Assembly (NCBI GenBank): GCA_043228905.1
Contig: JBHGNT010000013.1
Span: 16,430,001-16,494,000 of the forward strand
Direction: 5' to 3'
DNA: 64,000 bases
DNA from: Azolla caroliniana
Taxonomy: Eukaryota; Plantae; Polypodiophyta
In this document: positions 1 through 11,714 of the stretch, one piece after another
Layout of the letters: each line of letters begins with the position of its first letter
How positions within the stretch are numbered: position 1 is the first letter of the stretch
Translations under genes and position numbers: made by a program
The notes under the pieces: generated by a model
What the model saw: only the letters and a program-made list of their open reading frames with translations
The model's database searches: none
What the model was told of the DNA's origin: nothing

Positions 1-3000
1 TGGAGACAATGGACAAAAACTAGTAGTGGGAAAAGGTAACATTTGTTTGATAATGGCAAATGATAATCACATAAAAATTGTAAATGTGTATTATGTACCT
101 CGAGTGGCAAAACACTTACTGTAAGTTGGAAAAGCTACCAACAATGGGTTGACTATTTAATTCACTGAGAACCAGGCCATGATACATCTCCATAAAGGCA
201 AGAGCAAAGCAATAGTATGTCCAAGGCCATCTATATCATGTGGCAACGAGACAAATAGAAGCATTGCCAATAAAGGTATGTCATAACCATAATCAAGATA
301 ATGTTTCTTCCACATACCTGTGGCATTGCAGGCTTGGACGCATACATATTCAATCACTACGAGAATGTCAAAAATAGAAATTTGTAAGAGGCCTACCAAC
401 TATAAGTTTTGGAACCATCAAGTTGTGTGAAGGCTGTCTCAATAGAAAGATGTCACACAAATCATTCTCACCAATTAGCACAAACACTACTGAGCCACTA
501 CAACTAGTACATTATGATCTATGTGGTCCATTTTCTATTCCATGTATGTTTGGTGCAAAATCTTTCATTACATTCATTGACAACACTACAAGATTCACAA
601 TAGCCGGTTTCTTGAAGCATAAGGCACAATCATTTTCAACATTTAAAAGCCTTGCAGAAAACCAAACAAATGATACAATCAAAGTCATCTGTAGTGACAA
701 TGGAGGGGAATTTACTTCAGAAGAGTAGGAAAGGTTTTGCCAACGACATGGGATCCTTCATAAAAAATTAGTACCATACACCTCTTAACAAAATGGGGTT
801 GCTGAAAGGAAACACCGAACACTTCTTAATGCAACTAAAAGCATTCTAGCAACCAGCAAGATGCACCACCGATTTTGGGAAGATGCAGTGGCAACAATGT
901 GCAATTTGCAAAATATGACTCCTCACCGTGCTCTGGAAGGAGCTATACCATTCACACTATGGTATGACCAATATCCTGACATGTCACATCTCAAAGTCTT
1001 TGGAGTAGTAGCATATACCTACATACAATCAAAGAACAGGTCAAAGCTAGAGAATCATTGCAGCAAAGGGAGGTTTATTGGATATGGAGATCCCTATGGA
1101 GTAAAAGCCAACAAGATTTATCTCCCTTAGTCAGGTAAAATTGTGTTTAGTAGACTTGTCAATTTTGATGAAGAATATGTGATTTGCGGTCGGGTTAGAT
1201 GATCAGAGACCTCATCCTCGGAGGGCACCTCGTGTGACATCTTTCAACACATGGTAGCCACAAGGGAAAAAGAAATACACTAACACAAGCATGGGCGAAG
1301 AAGTCGACTCAACGTGAGACCTTGAGGAGGAAAAGAAATTTTGTAGAAAGTATGGTGAAGAACCCCAATATACCATCAAGGTACACAATAAAACCCGTCA
1401 ATAAAACCAAGCAAACTCAGTATCATCAGACTCTACAACCAAATGTGCAACATGCATGGGCATCAACGACAAAACCAAGACATACAATAAAAAAAATCAT
1501 CATGGAAACCCTTGACTTGAAGCTGCAACCAGGTCGAAGAAGGAGATCCTTGCCTTGATGAGCTTGGATGACGCGGAAAGGAAGGGGATAGCACAACTCT
1601 AGCACCACTTGAAAGCTGCAACGAAGTCCTCTGCACCATCATCGACCGATGGGGCTGCTGGGAGAAGCAAAGAAGTTGCAAATAACAAGGAACAGATCAA
1701 ACCAACAAAATTAGATAAAAAGGAAGGAGGTAAACTTGATACAATCAGTGGATCATATGGTATATTTAGTAACTCAACAATCCAAAACTACATCAAATCA
1801 GAAAAAGATGATGATGAACGCTATAACAAAGATGAGACATTACAAAACAATAAAAAAAGGGGCAAGAAAAAGGTAAAACTGTTAAGTGACATCTATGACA
1901 CCACTGAAGACCTCTCAAAGCCCTTCATTGCTGAAGTCGAATCCGACATATCGGCATTTACAACACACATGAAAGACGAAGGAGGGGATCTTGCACTGAT
2001 CATTAATCTTAAGCAAGCGCTTCGAACCACAGAAAAAGAATCTTGGATAAATGCTATGCAGACAGAGGCAACTGCTCTTGCCATAAACAAGACATGGACT
2101 CTTGTCCCATGACCACCCAACTCCAACATTATCAGCTGCAAACGGCTTTTTACCAAGAAGTGTGATGCTCATGGGACTCCAACCATATTCAAAGCTCGAT
2201 TGGTAGCTTGAGGCTTTTCACAGATTCCTAGCATACTTTGGGGTCTCGAGCTACCAATTGAGCTTTGAATATGATTGGAGTCCCATGAGCTCGATTGGTA
2301 GCTCGAGGCTTTTCACATATTTCGAGGCTTTGAATATCAAGCTACCTCATGAAACTAGGTCTTAATCATTGGGTTCCACTCAAACGAGTATTACAGTACT
2401 TAAAGTACACTAAATTTAATATGGTACTCGCTTATAAGGCATACTTTGGGGCAGACAACTCCAGTATACAAGCTTGACGATCAACACCACTACAAGGATG
2501 GACTGATGTAGATTGGGGAGGAGATGTTGATTCTTCTCGCTCCACATCAGGTTTTTTGTTTACTTTTGCAAGAGGTGCAATTGCATGGCGTATGAAAAAG
2601 CAAGCCATTGTTGCCCTCTCCTCTACTGAAGTTGAATAAATCGCAGCCACACTTACAACTAAAGAAGGACTTTGGCTTCGATCAATAATCCAAGAATTAG
2701 ATATACTACAAATTTCCAAATTTAGGCTATGGTGAGATCATCAGTCATGTGTCAAGATCACCAAGAACCCAAAAATTACCGACCAAAATAAACATATTCG
2801 GGGTCGATGTCACTTTATAATAGAACTTGTTGAAGAACTTAACCTCGACATCAACTATACACCTACTCAAGACATGTGGACTAATTTCTTAACCAAGCCA
2901 GTTCCAAGTATTAAACATTAGAATTGCTGCAAAAATATTGGGTTCAGTCTCTCTCAATAACCTATAGGAATTAGAGTTAAGCGGGGGTGTTGAAAATAAC

Positions 3001-3306
3001 TCTAATTTAAAATAGAAACTAATTAGTTAGGTAGTATTATCTAAAAATAGGAGTGTCTGTTACAACTGTAACAATCACATTTCAGATGTATTTAAATCAC
3101 TATAGTACCGCATATTTTTCTCGAGTTCATCTAAGAATATATGTACAAGTTTATGTGTTAATTCCAATATCTAGTTTGTTATCTCTTACCTCTTCACATT
3201 TGTCTTCATCTCTAGTCTTTATCTCCGTCCTTCAAAGTTACAATCATTACACTTTAGTGGTTCCATTAATCTTTCCTCAGTTACTGTAACTACATATTTC
3301 ATAACA
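1..3306 (+). mobile_element. Decayed Ty1/copia LTR retrotransposon (protease end, integrase, RT mostly deleted, RNase H, PPT, 3' LTR); 5' part lies outside the window
   Basis: Motifs CEGCLNRKM, LVHYDLCGP, SDNGGEF, HLKVFG, W.NAMQTE..AL..NKTWTLVP, GWTDVDWGG, ALSSTEVE. PPT ends gcggggg at 2987. Many stops and frameshifts. Confidence 0.92.
2988..3306 (+). repeat. 3' LTR of the copia element
   Basis: Starts TGTTG directly after the PPT and ends ATAACA. Confidence 0.75.
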
Positions 3307-3340
3307 TCACTTGAAAGTTCTAAGAGATCTTCCACACCAT

Positions 3341-3944
3341 TGTCGCGACGATTCGCGTGCAATCGTGCTTTGCTTGAGCGGGACCGCCGGCCGGGACTTG
3401 GACCGGGGAGGACGTTCACAAATTTGTCCAAAAGGCGACGATCTGAATGTAAGAGTCGGAGTCAATCAAACCAATGTCACACTTGAAAAGAACAAAGATT
3501 TTTATATTTCAGAAGAAGATAAATTAGAAGAAGATAGTTGAGGAGAAGAATAACAAGAATATTATATTATTGATGATGATGATCCCCAAATTGACCCCCT
3601 CTTACACAAGCCCAACTAGAGGCTTTTATAGGTCTCTCCCTGCTTGTGACATGCACAAAACCATGGTTTTGTGCACACAATTTTGGTATGTTTATTTCAT
3701 ATGGAATACTGAGTATAAAAAGGAAATATACAAAATACAAAGCACTTAGTAGTAGCTTTAGTGGTAAGTTAAGTTCCTCTTATCTTGTAAGTGCAAGGTT
3801 CAAATCCTACTTGCACCCGTCTATATGCACTCAATGCCATTAAGCCCTTACTTGATTTATTATCATTTTTGAAAGTATTTGTGAAATGTGTGTGTATCCT
3901 CACTTTTTGACTTTTTCTCGCACTAGACACACCACATCACGACA
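3341..3944 (-). repeat. 3' LTR of element A
   Basis: Aligns with 7090-7679; adjoins the PPT. Confidence 0.9.
3714..3870 (+). promoter_or_regulatory. Putative tRNA-like Pol III cassette in the LTR of element A, antisense to the element (second copy 7453-7605)
   Basis: TATAAAA 3714, CAA 3738, A-box TAGCTTTAGTGG 3753, B-box GGTTCAAATCC 3797 at tRNA spacing, T5 at 3866-3870. Confidence 0.6.
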
Positions 3945-5516
3945 TCCACCCCCACCAAACCGCACATCCTTCGGCATGTGCGAAGAAGGAAAAGAGTGAT
4001 GTGGTGGGGTCAAAGGTGGTTGGACTTTGATTTCCTCGTTCCTTGCGCCTCACCCGCATCGTCCTTTGTCCTCCATTTTGAGCACATGCATTCCTTCCAC
4101 CCAAACCATCGTCGCCACTTGATCCACCATATCATTTGCTCGCCCTTTGTATTACCATGACCACTTGTCATAGCCCCTTTTGCTCCTCCTGACTGTAAGC
4201 CTTCACACATCTTACATGTGTCGCTTTCATCCTGACCATCCCCTTGGTCATCAAACTTACTCCGATCGTCCTTTCTCGTCTCATGCTTGCCTTTCGTTAT
4301 GCTCACCAGCCTCGACTGGGTGCCGCGACTCGTCTGCTTCAACCTCCAACTGGGTCGACTCAATTTCTGTTTGGATCGGTCTTGATCAATCAGCCTCTAG
4401 CTTGGTCGGCCTTCGTCCGGATTCACATTCGACTTAATTGGACTTAGACGATCGGCTTCAAGCGAGTCTACTCCCTTCTGGATCGGGTCTGACCGAGCGG
4501 ATTTGGCCGGATTGGGTTTCGGTTGGGTTAGGCTCAGTCGATCAACTCCCGTCTTGGTTAGCTTCCGTTCGGATCGGAATACCAACCGCATCATCTTCCA
4601 TCCGAATTGACTTCCGAGTTCTTCCTTTCTTGCCGCTCTCTACCACTTCATCGAACTCTGTTGTAGCTTTGTTCTTGGCCTCCTTGTTGGTCACTGCTCC
4701 TTCGTATGCGTTGACTTCGACCCTCATCTCCTCGCCGCCACCTTCCATCTCTCCGGTCTTATGTTGGCTCTCGGGCACAACTGCCGAAGTTTGCTGGAAC
4801 CGGCATGGAGTGATCCCTTTGTCTGTGGTAATCCGCCTCGTCATCCTCATCACTGTTTTGGTCCTTTGATTTCTTCCCGCCACCTTCCGTCTCTCCGGTC
4901 TCACGTTGACACTTGGGCACAACTTCCAAAGCCTCAAGAACAATTGTGGGGAGAACATCGGCACCATCGGTCACCATCGACTCGTCCATAGCCATCTTTG
5001 CCTCAATGTTGTTATTCGCATTGGCTTCAATATTTGCTTCCCTGCCACCACCTTTCGTCTCTTGGGTCTTACATCAGTTAATGCCCAAGTCTCTAGAACA
5101 ATTGTGGAGGGATCCATATGCCTTCTTTGACTGTCTTTGTCGTACTACCCTTAGCCACTTCCACCTCAAGGTTATTTGTATCGGTTTTGACCTTCTCTTC
5201 CTCACTGTCACCTTCCATCTCTTAGGTCTTACATTTGCTAATGCCCAGGTCTCTAGGTCTAGTGTGGAGGAAGTCTCGCCATGGTTGTCGTCCGCCTAAA
5301 CCCTACACCTCCTTCACCTTGTCATTGACGGCTACTTCACCAACCCTATAGGCCTCACGCCCGTTGTCTTCCTTGATCATGCAAGATTTGCTCATGCTTG
5401 CATCTTCATCACCTGATGTTTCAGACACAACGTGTGTTTTGAAAAGCTCATCTACTCTGAAAGCTGAGTTTCTTGCTCTCGATTCTTCGGCCTTATCCTT
5501 GACCGTTGTTTCTCCG

Positions 5517-6885
5517 CGTTAAGAATTAGGTAATTAAGCAAGGGTTAATTAGTACCTAATTATGTGATTAAGTTAAGCGGAAGATTAAGTGATATGTCTG
5601 TGTATGTGTGTGAGAGGAAGAGAGAGAGGAAGTTACACTTATGAACAACACAAGATGGGGGATGGTTAACTCTATATTAAATTAGCATAATCATCATCAT
5701 CAAGATACAAAAATACCCACAATGAGGTATATATACATCTCGTGTGCAAAGGTGCACATGTGTGAGTAGAATATAGATACTAAGGTGTAAGTCCTATATT
5801 AAATATACTTAGGAGTGGAGGATCTAAAATATCCCACTTAACTACAAGGTCCTATTTAAGGCGTTACAATCAACACTCCTAACTAGATTTTATCTAGGTA
5901 ACTACGAAGTTACATGGTTGACTAAATAACCAAACTAAGTTGAGCTTTATCTCTCAACACGCCCCCTCAAGCTCAAGTGTGAGGCGTCCGACATACGCTT
6001 TGGCTTTCGTCGGCTTCGTGTGCTTCCGTCCGTCCTTCGGCTTTCTTTACCATGGCAATCTTGGTTCCTCCCCCTCAAGTCGGTGATGAAGGCTTGTAGT
6101 GTGTGGGAGAATGTCGACTACTTCCACCCATCGTGGGTTATGAGCCACTTCGGTAGAACTCTTGGGCTCTTGTTCGGGCACTACCTTCATCGCGAAGGCA
6201 TAGTGATGGGCCATGTACTCGTTGTAGTCGAGTCGAGCGACGAGGTTCTTGGCTCTAGATGAGTGTCCAAGTTTTTCCCTCACCGATGTGAATGCCTTCT
6301 TTGCTCCGAGTGTCTGCATGATGGGTACACCAAACTCACTTTCTAGTGAGCGAGCCGACACATCCGAATCACTATTGTTGGGGTGGTTGACTTTGTTTTC
6401 GGGCATCTTACCTTTGCCTTTGTCCAAGTGCAGACTTGGCTGTGATGTGCTTGGGTCGCACGGGGGCTCTTGTGGTCCACTAGGCCTTGTCGTAATCGAA
6501 CTTTCTTCGAACATGTGTTTGAAGTGATCTCCATCTTCTACCTCTTGTTTAGCGGATTCCGGATCGAGTGGAGTCAGAGTCGAAGTTATCTTTGGCGCGT
6601 ACCAGGATGTGGACTCGTCGAAGACTACGTCTCGACTTACCCGAACTGCTTGGGTAGAAGGGTTGTAGCACTTGTATGCCTTCTTCTCAGACGAGTATCC
6701 TATGAGGACACATTCGTCCGACTTTGTGTTGGGCTTCTGTCGTTCTGCGTTTGGGATGTGTACATTTGCAATGCTTCCAAAGACCTTGAGGTGCGACAAG
6801 ATCAACTTCCTTCCGACGAGGAGCTCGTATGGAGTTAACTCATGCACTCCATTAGTGGTGCACCGGTTCATGAGATAGACGGTCG
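5517..6885 (-). mobile_element. Internally deleted Ty1/copia remnant (integrase C-terminus, RT start, RH end, PPT, 3' LTR 5517-5959) nested in element A
   Basis: VYLMNR..TPYE..HLKVFGS..KAYKCYNP..SRDVVFDE. PPT cgccccctcaag at 5960 abuts ...CAACA at 5959. Confidence 0.85.
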
Positions 6886-7089
6886 TGGATGCTTTTAGAA
6901 AATTTTGCACTTCGCCCCCGTTGAAACATCCGACTCGCTTGACCATGGTTTCGACGGCTTGTTGGGATGCATCTCGTCTTTTCCCTTCACTTGAAAATTC
7001 CATCATCATCTTTGACATTGCCTCCATGAGATATTCCCCGTCCATCTTCATCCTCCCCTACCTCTCTTCACGTCAAGTTCACCAAATGA

Positions 7090-7679
7090 TGTCGCGAAGA
7101 TTCGCGCTCAATCGTGCTTTCCTTGAGGGGGATCACTGGGGTCTTGAACCGAGGAGGATGTTCGCAAATTTGTCCAAAAGATGACGATGTGAACGTAAGA
7201 GTCAAGGAAACCAATGTCACACTTGAAAAGAAAAAATATTTTTATATTTGAGAAGAAGATAAATTAGAAGAAGATAGATGAGGAGAAGAATAAGAAGAAT
7301 ATTATATTATTGATGATGATGATCTCGAAATTGACCCCCTCTTACACAAGCCCAACTAGAGGCTTTTATAGGTCTCTCCATGCTTGTGACATGCACAAAA
7401 CCATGGTTTTGTGCACACGGTTTGGTATGTTTGTTTCATATGGAATACTGAGTATAAAAAGGAAATATACATACAAAGCACTTAGTAGTCGCTTTAGTGG
7501 TAAGTTAAGTGCCTCTTATCTTGTAAGTGCAAGGTTCAAATCCTACTTGCACCCGTCTATATGCACTCAATGCCATTAGGCCCTTACTTGATTTATTATC
7601 ATTTTGAAAGTATTTGTGAAATGTGTGTGTATCCTCACTTTTTGACTTTTTCTCGCACTAGACATGCCACATCACGACA
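7090..7679 (-). repeat. 5' LTR of element A
   Basis: Aligns with 3341-3944; adjoins the PBS. Confidence 0.9.
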
Positions 7680-7995
7680 CTGTAGCTTTTGAACCATTTT
7701 TTAATGTCAACTACTCAACCACATGAGAGAGTTTTGCTCTTTAGATTCTTTTGTAGTTTACATCCACTTTCCAAGCAAGATGCACTCAATACCATTAGGC
7801 CCTAGGTTGATTTATTTTCATTTTTGCAAGTATTTGTGAAATGTATGTGTATCCTCACTTTTTGACTTTTTCTCACACTAGACATGCCACATCACGACAT
7901 TGTAGCTTTTGAACCATTTTTTAATGTCAACTACTCAACCATATGAGAGAATTTTGCTCCTCTTTTGTAGTTTACATTCACTTTCCAAACAAGAT
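7561..7995. repeat. Tandem duplication (~220 bp unit) spanning the LTR/flank junction
   Basis: atgcactcaa... occurs at 7561 and again near 7780. Confidence 0.85.
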
Positions 7996-8135
7996 GTGGT
8001 AATCTACAATTTAGCATATTCTTGACTTTTGTATGTATCTATATACTCTTTGTAGTGCAATCATCTCTATAGGTTGAACACTTATTTCCAAGATCATAAC
8101 TTGATAGGAGGTGGTGGATTTAACTGCCAATTATC
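7680..8135 (-). mobile_element. RTEX-like LINE fragment, the host of element A; a left piece is at 3307-3340
   Basis: Nucleotide similarity to the LINE at 41130-41330 (caagatgtggtaat...catattcttgacttttgta). 3313-3340 resembles 41137-41166. Confidence 0.65.
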
Positions 8136-8254
8136 TCCTTAAACACACATTTTGAATCTTCTCAATCTCATTTCATGCATTAAGTGAGATAAGGCCTCCC
8201 CATACACACACACACACACACACACACAATATGTATGTATGTAAACAACTAATT

Positions 8255-8303
<49 letters not shown>

Positions 8304-8304
8304 A

Positions 8305-8560
8305 TATTTTCTCACCCCCACTTGCGAATAAAAAATGAAGGCATTCCGCATATTCCAATTGAACCATAGCCCCCAATACCTCAAGAACTCAAAAATAATT
8401 TGAGAATGAGGCATTGGTTCATTGTTCTCCATATGTGCAAAAACCCAATTGAAGGAAGATAGACGTACTCCGGTTTGAGACATCCACACTAAACTTATAC
8501 ACCTCCAAACCATCCTTGCCATCGGGCAGGAAATAAATCGATGCCTACTATGTTCTAAAG
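8305..8560 (-). mobile_element. L1/Tx1-type LINE ORF2 C-terminal (zf-RVT region) fragment
   Basis: HRFISCPMARMVW...LWFNWNMRNAFIF. Confidence 0.7.
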
Positions 8561-8672
8561 TTAAAAGGACTTCTTTTGTGGCAATTGACAGTGCTAGAGA
8601 AGTCACGAAATCCCAACCAGGAAGAGAGAGAACTCTACAAGGTCACATATCATCATATTCGCCATTTGAATT

Positions 8673-8797
8673 GGTGTGTAGGGTGGCATTGAGTTTGATG
8701 TCGTAGTTTTCTTTAGATCCCCAGATAGAAGGGGTTCTATAGTTTGTTGTAAGTTAGTCATGGTGGTGTTTTTTCTTTCATAATGAAAGCCATTATT

Positions 8798-8847
<50 letters not shown>

Positions 8848-9004
8848 ACCATCTAGGATAGTAGATTCTACCATTTATCTGGTGTGTAGGGTGGCATTGA
8901 GTTTGATGTCGTAGTTTTCTTTAGATCCCTAGATAGAAGGGGTTCTATAGTTTGTTGTAAGTTAGTCATGGTGGTGTTTTTTCTTTCGTAATGAAACCAT
9001 TATT

Positions 9005-9058
<54 letters not shown>

Positions 9059-9092
9059 TTACCATCTAAGATAGTAGATTCTACCATTTATC
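8673..9092. repeat. Tandem duplication (~208 bp unit) including an (AG)n microsatellite
   Basis: ggtgtgtagggtggc at 8673 and 8881. Confidence 0.9.
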
Positions 9093-9166
9093 ATCTATAG
9101 AGAAAGAGAAGAGGATGTATGAGATGAAGAATAAGAAGAGTGGAATTTGAGATTATGTATGTACGT

Positions 9167-9734
9167 ATTGAAAGATTTTACACTTAGACGTAAGCCACAG
9201 ATATACTAAGACACAAACAAAATAAAGCGAGTAACACACGATTTACCCGAAAAACCCTGATTTCAGGGGAAAACCGTGGTGAACAAAGATTTCCACTATG
9301 AGTCAAGAAAAATACAAGCATAGAATGATAGAAACTGATTAGGTATGGATGTACCCCATGTTGTTATCTGAAACCACAGTTTCAGCCGAGTGCATTAAAC
9401 CCTAACTCTTTGGTATCTATCTCTTTGAAGCTTTCAGAGCTTCTCTGTTCTATGTCTCTTTCTCCTTTGTTTCACTCTTCTTCTTTTTTAGCTTCCTCTT
9501 CACACTCAGTTACAGAGCTATGCCTCTCACACAACCACTACTGTGTTAGCTCTCTATCTCTCTTTCTTGTGTCACGTTCTCTCTCTCGCACTCACTTACT
9601 CAGAGTTTACTCTCGCGCTTCTCTCACAGTTTTTCTCTTTGTTTGTTCTCCCACATATATACACACCTAACACCACTATATCTATAGATATTAACCTAAC
9701 TCACACATGTATATATATATTCGTCCATTCGACA
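9167..9734 (-). mobile_element. Probable copia-type LTR (solo or truncated)
   Basis: gatttac..gaaaaaccc..gggaaaacc..ccactatg motif resembles the copia LTR at 11715-12578. No TSD found. Confidence 0.4.
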
Positions 9735-9887
9735 TTCACAATGGAGGAGCTTTTGGAGGTTCGAAAAGTTCTCGGGAAAGGCAAAGCGCTTGGTTGGGAG
9801 GGTATTACATTAGAGTTCATTGTAGAATTTTGGAATGTCTGTAAGGATCTAATCCTATCTATGGCAAATAAAGCTTGGCAACAATAG

Positions 9888-10168
9888 TGTTGAGCGAGCA
9901 AGCTCAACCGGATCCGGATTAGCTAAAGAAGTTGAGCCTGATTGGTATCCAGAAACAACCGGCCGGATCGGGGAGCCAGATTCGAGCGGGAACTGGAAGC
10001 CTAGTAGTAGCCTAGACTACTAGGTAATCATTGTCTCGTAGTTAGTGTCAATCACACGTAGGAATATTGAAGTACCTGTCAGTCCTTTATGGACTTGTAT
10101 AAATAGTGTTGTTTAGCACGTTGTATGTATAGAGTTTAGAGTGATATTTTGAATTGAGTTTATGTTAT

Positions 10169-10212
<44 letters not shown>

Positions 10213-10330
10213 ACTCTCTCCCGTGTATACTCTCTATGTATTAAGCTTCTCCATTAAACCTTCATCTTATTCTCTGTTGCTATCTGGCTAAGCCGGTTCT
10301 ATCTAACGCTTACGCACGTTTACATTAACA
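9888..10330 (+). mobile_element. Solo LTR (copia lineage related to the LTR at 30776-31171)
   Basis: TGTTG...TAACA; flanks aatag/aatgg (4/5 TSD); interrupts the LINE RT. Confidence 0.85.
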
Positions 10331-10834
10331 AATGGGATATTCCCATATCATGGAAAGAAGGTTTGGCCAAATTAATACCCAAAACGAAATTGTGTGAATC
10401 TTTTTCGGAACAACGACCAATCACTCTCATGTCAATGATCTATAAACTTGTTGCAAAGATAATTATTAATCGTGTTAAGGACACTTTGTTGGGAGGCATA
10501 TACGTAAACCAATATAGGTTCATTCCACGATGGCAAATTACAGATATTATTGTTAATGCCTATATTGGAATGGAGTATGCCACATACACCAAACAAGATG
10601 AATTGATCATGCAAATTGACATTGAGAAGGTCTTTGACACAATCCAATGGGATTTTGTGGAAGCCACAATGGCCAAAGTAGGATTTGGCCCAAAAATGTC
10701 TCGAGTAATCTATTGGCTTTATAGGTCTAGAGCATCTTCATGCATTATTGATGGTGAATTGATAGATTCATGGTGTTTAGCCAAATCAGTACAACAAGGT
10801 TATCCTGTAAGTGCACTGTTGTATGCAATTGCAA

Positions 10835-11153
10835 GTTAACTATTAGTATTATGAATTTTGAGCTACTTTCTAGATTAATGTTCATGTTTGAACTTTGGAT
10901 GAATTTTAGTTCATGTTTAGAATTTTGGATGCTACTTTCTTAGTTTTCAATGAATTTATGGTCTTGACTTTTGTCTATAAAAATATTGTTTATTTTTTAT
11001 TTTTCATATTAAAAAAAAGAGCAATAAAAATAAAAATAAAAATAAATATAGACGAATGGATTTCAATCATACTTGGAGCCATTTCACGTATGAGTATGAT
11101 ACAAATATTCACATATGAGTATGGCACGAATGAGATGTATGGCTAGAACTATG
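10835..11153. mobile_element. AT-rich MITE-like insertion in the LINE RT
   Basis: Splits LLYAIA|THPLL; flanked by attgcaa repeats (10828-10834, 11154-11160). Right end ...AACTATG resembles the TIR of the element at 49686. Confidence 0.6.
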
Positions 11154-11714
11154 ATTGCAACTCACCCACTGTTATTGTATATGGATAATCTAATATCAAT
11201 TGCTCAACTTCACGGTTTGAAAATGAAAGATGGACATGATTTTGTGGCTCGGGCATATGCAAATGATACATCATTAATGTCACAAAACAATCCACGTGAT
11301 ATCAGAGTGATTATAGATGCCCTCAAATTGCATGGATTAGTTGTTGGACTACATGTTAACTTCAGCCAACCCAAATTCCTACCCTTGCCACCATACAGTT
11401 GGCATCAACTTTTGTGGCCAGGCCACATTGTTAGCCCAAATGAATTTTGTAGCATTTGGTAACACAACACAAGGTAAGGGGGTGAAATACAACATGCTAG
11501 TGTGTATAGAATTCAGACAAATTTCCGAGGTTGGGTGTTAGGTGTGAGCTTCAAACAATTAATCTTAAAATGAATCTATGCATGCATAAGAAGGGCCCTT
11601 TGATATGTTGATAGTCTAATAATAAACATAAAATGTCTTATCTTCGGCCTACAATTAAATGTGAAAGGTACACTTCTTGTGTTCATTTTTTTTTTTTTTT
11701 TTTGTGTGTATATC

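Larger units (their letters stand above)
3341..7679 (-). mobile_element. tRNA-Trp-primed LTR element A (probably non-chromovirus Ty3/gypsy); pol absent or deleted; contains a nested copia remnant
   Basis: Direct repeats 3341-3944 and 7090-7679 with TG..CA ends. PBS-like tcacgtcaagttcacca at 7068-7084. PPT at 3945-3969. Gag-like N-terminus 7051-6885 is homologous to that of element B. Confidence 0.85.
9735..11460 (+). mobile_element. L1/Tx1-type LINE reverse transcriptase pseudogene, split by two insertions
   Basis: GKALGWEGITLEF, RPITLMSMIYKLVAK, IDIEKVFDTIQW, VQQGYPVSALLY, AYANDT. Confidence 0.9.

Noticed and set aside
3336-7684. TSD for element A
   Set aside because: Flanks accat and ctgta do not match, although both sides look like the same LINE.
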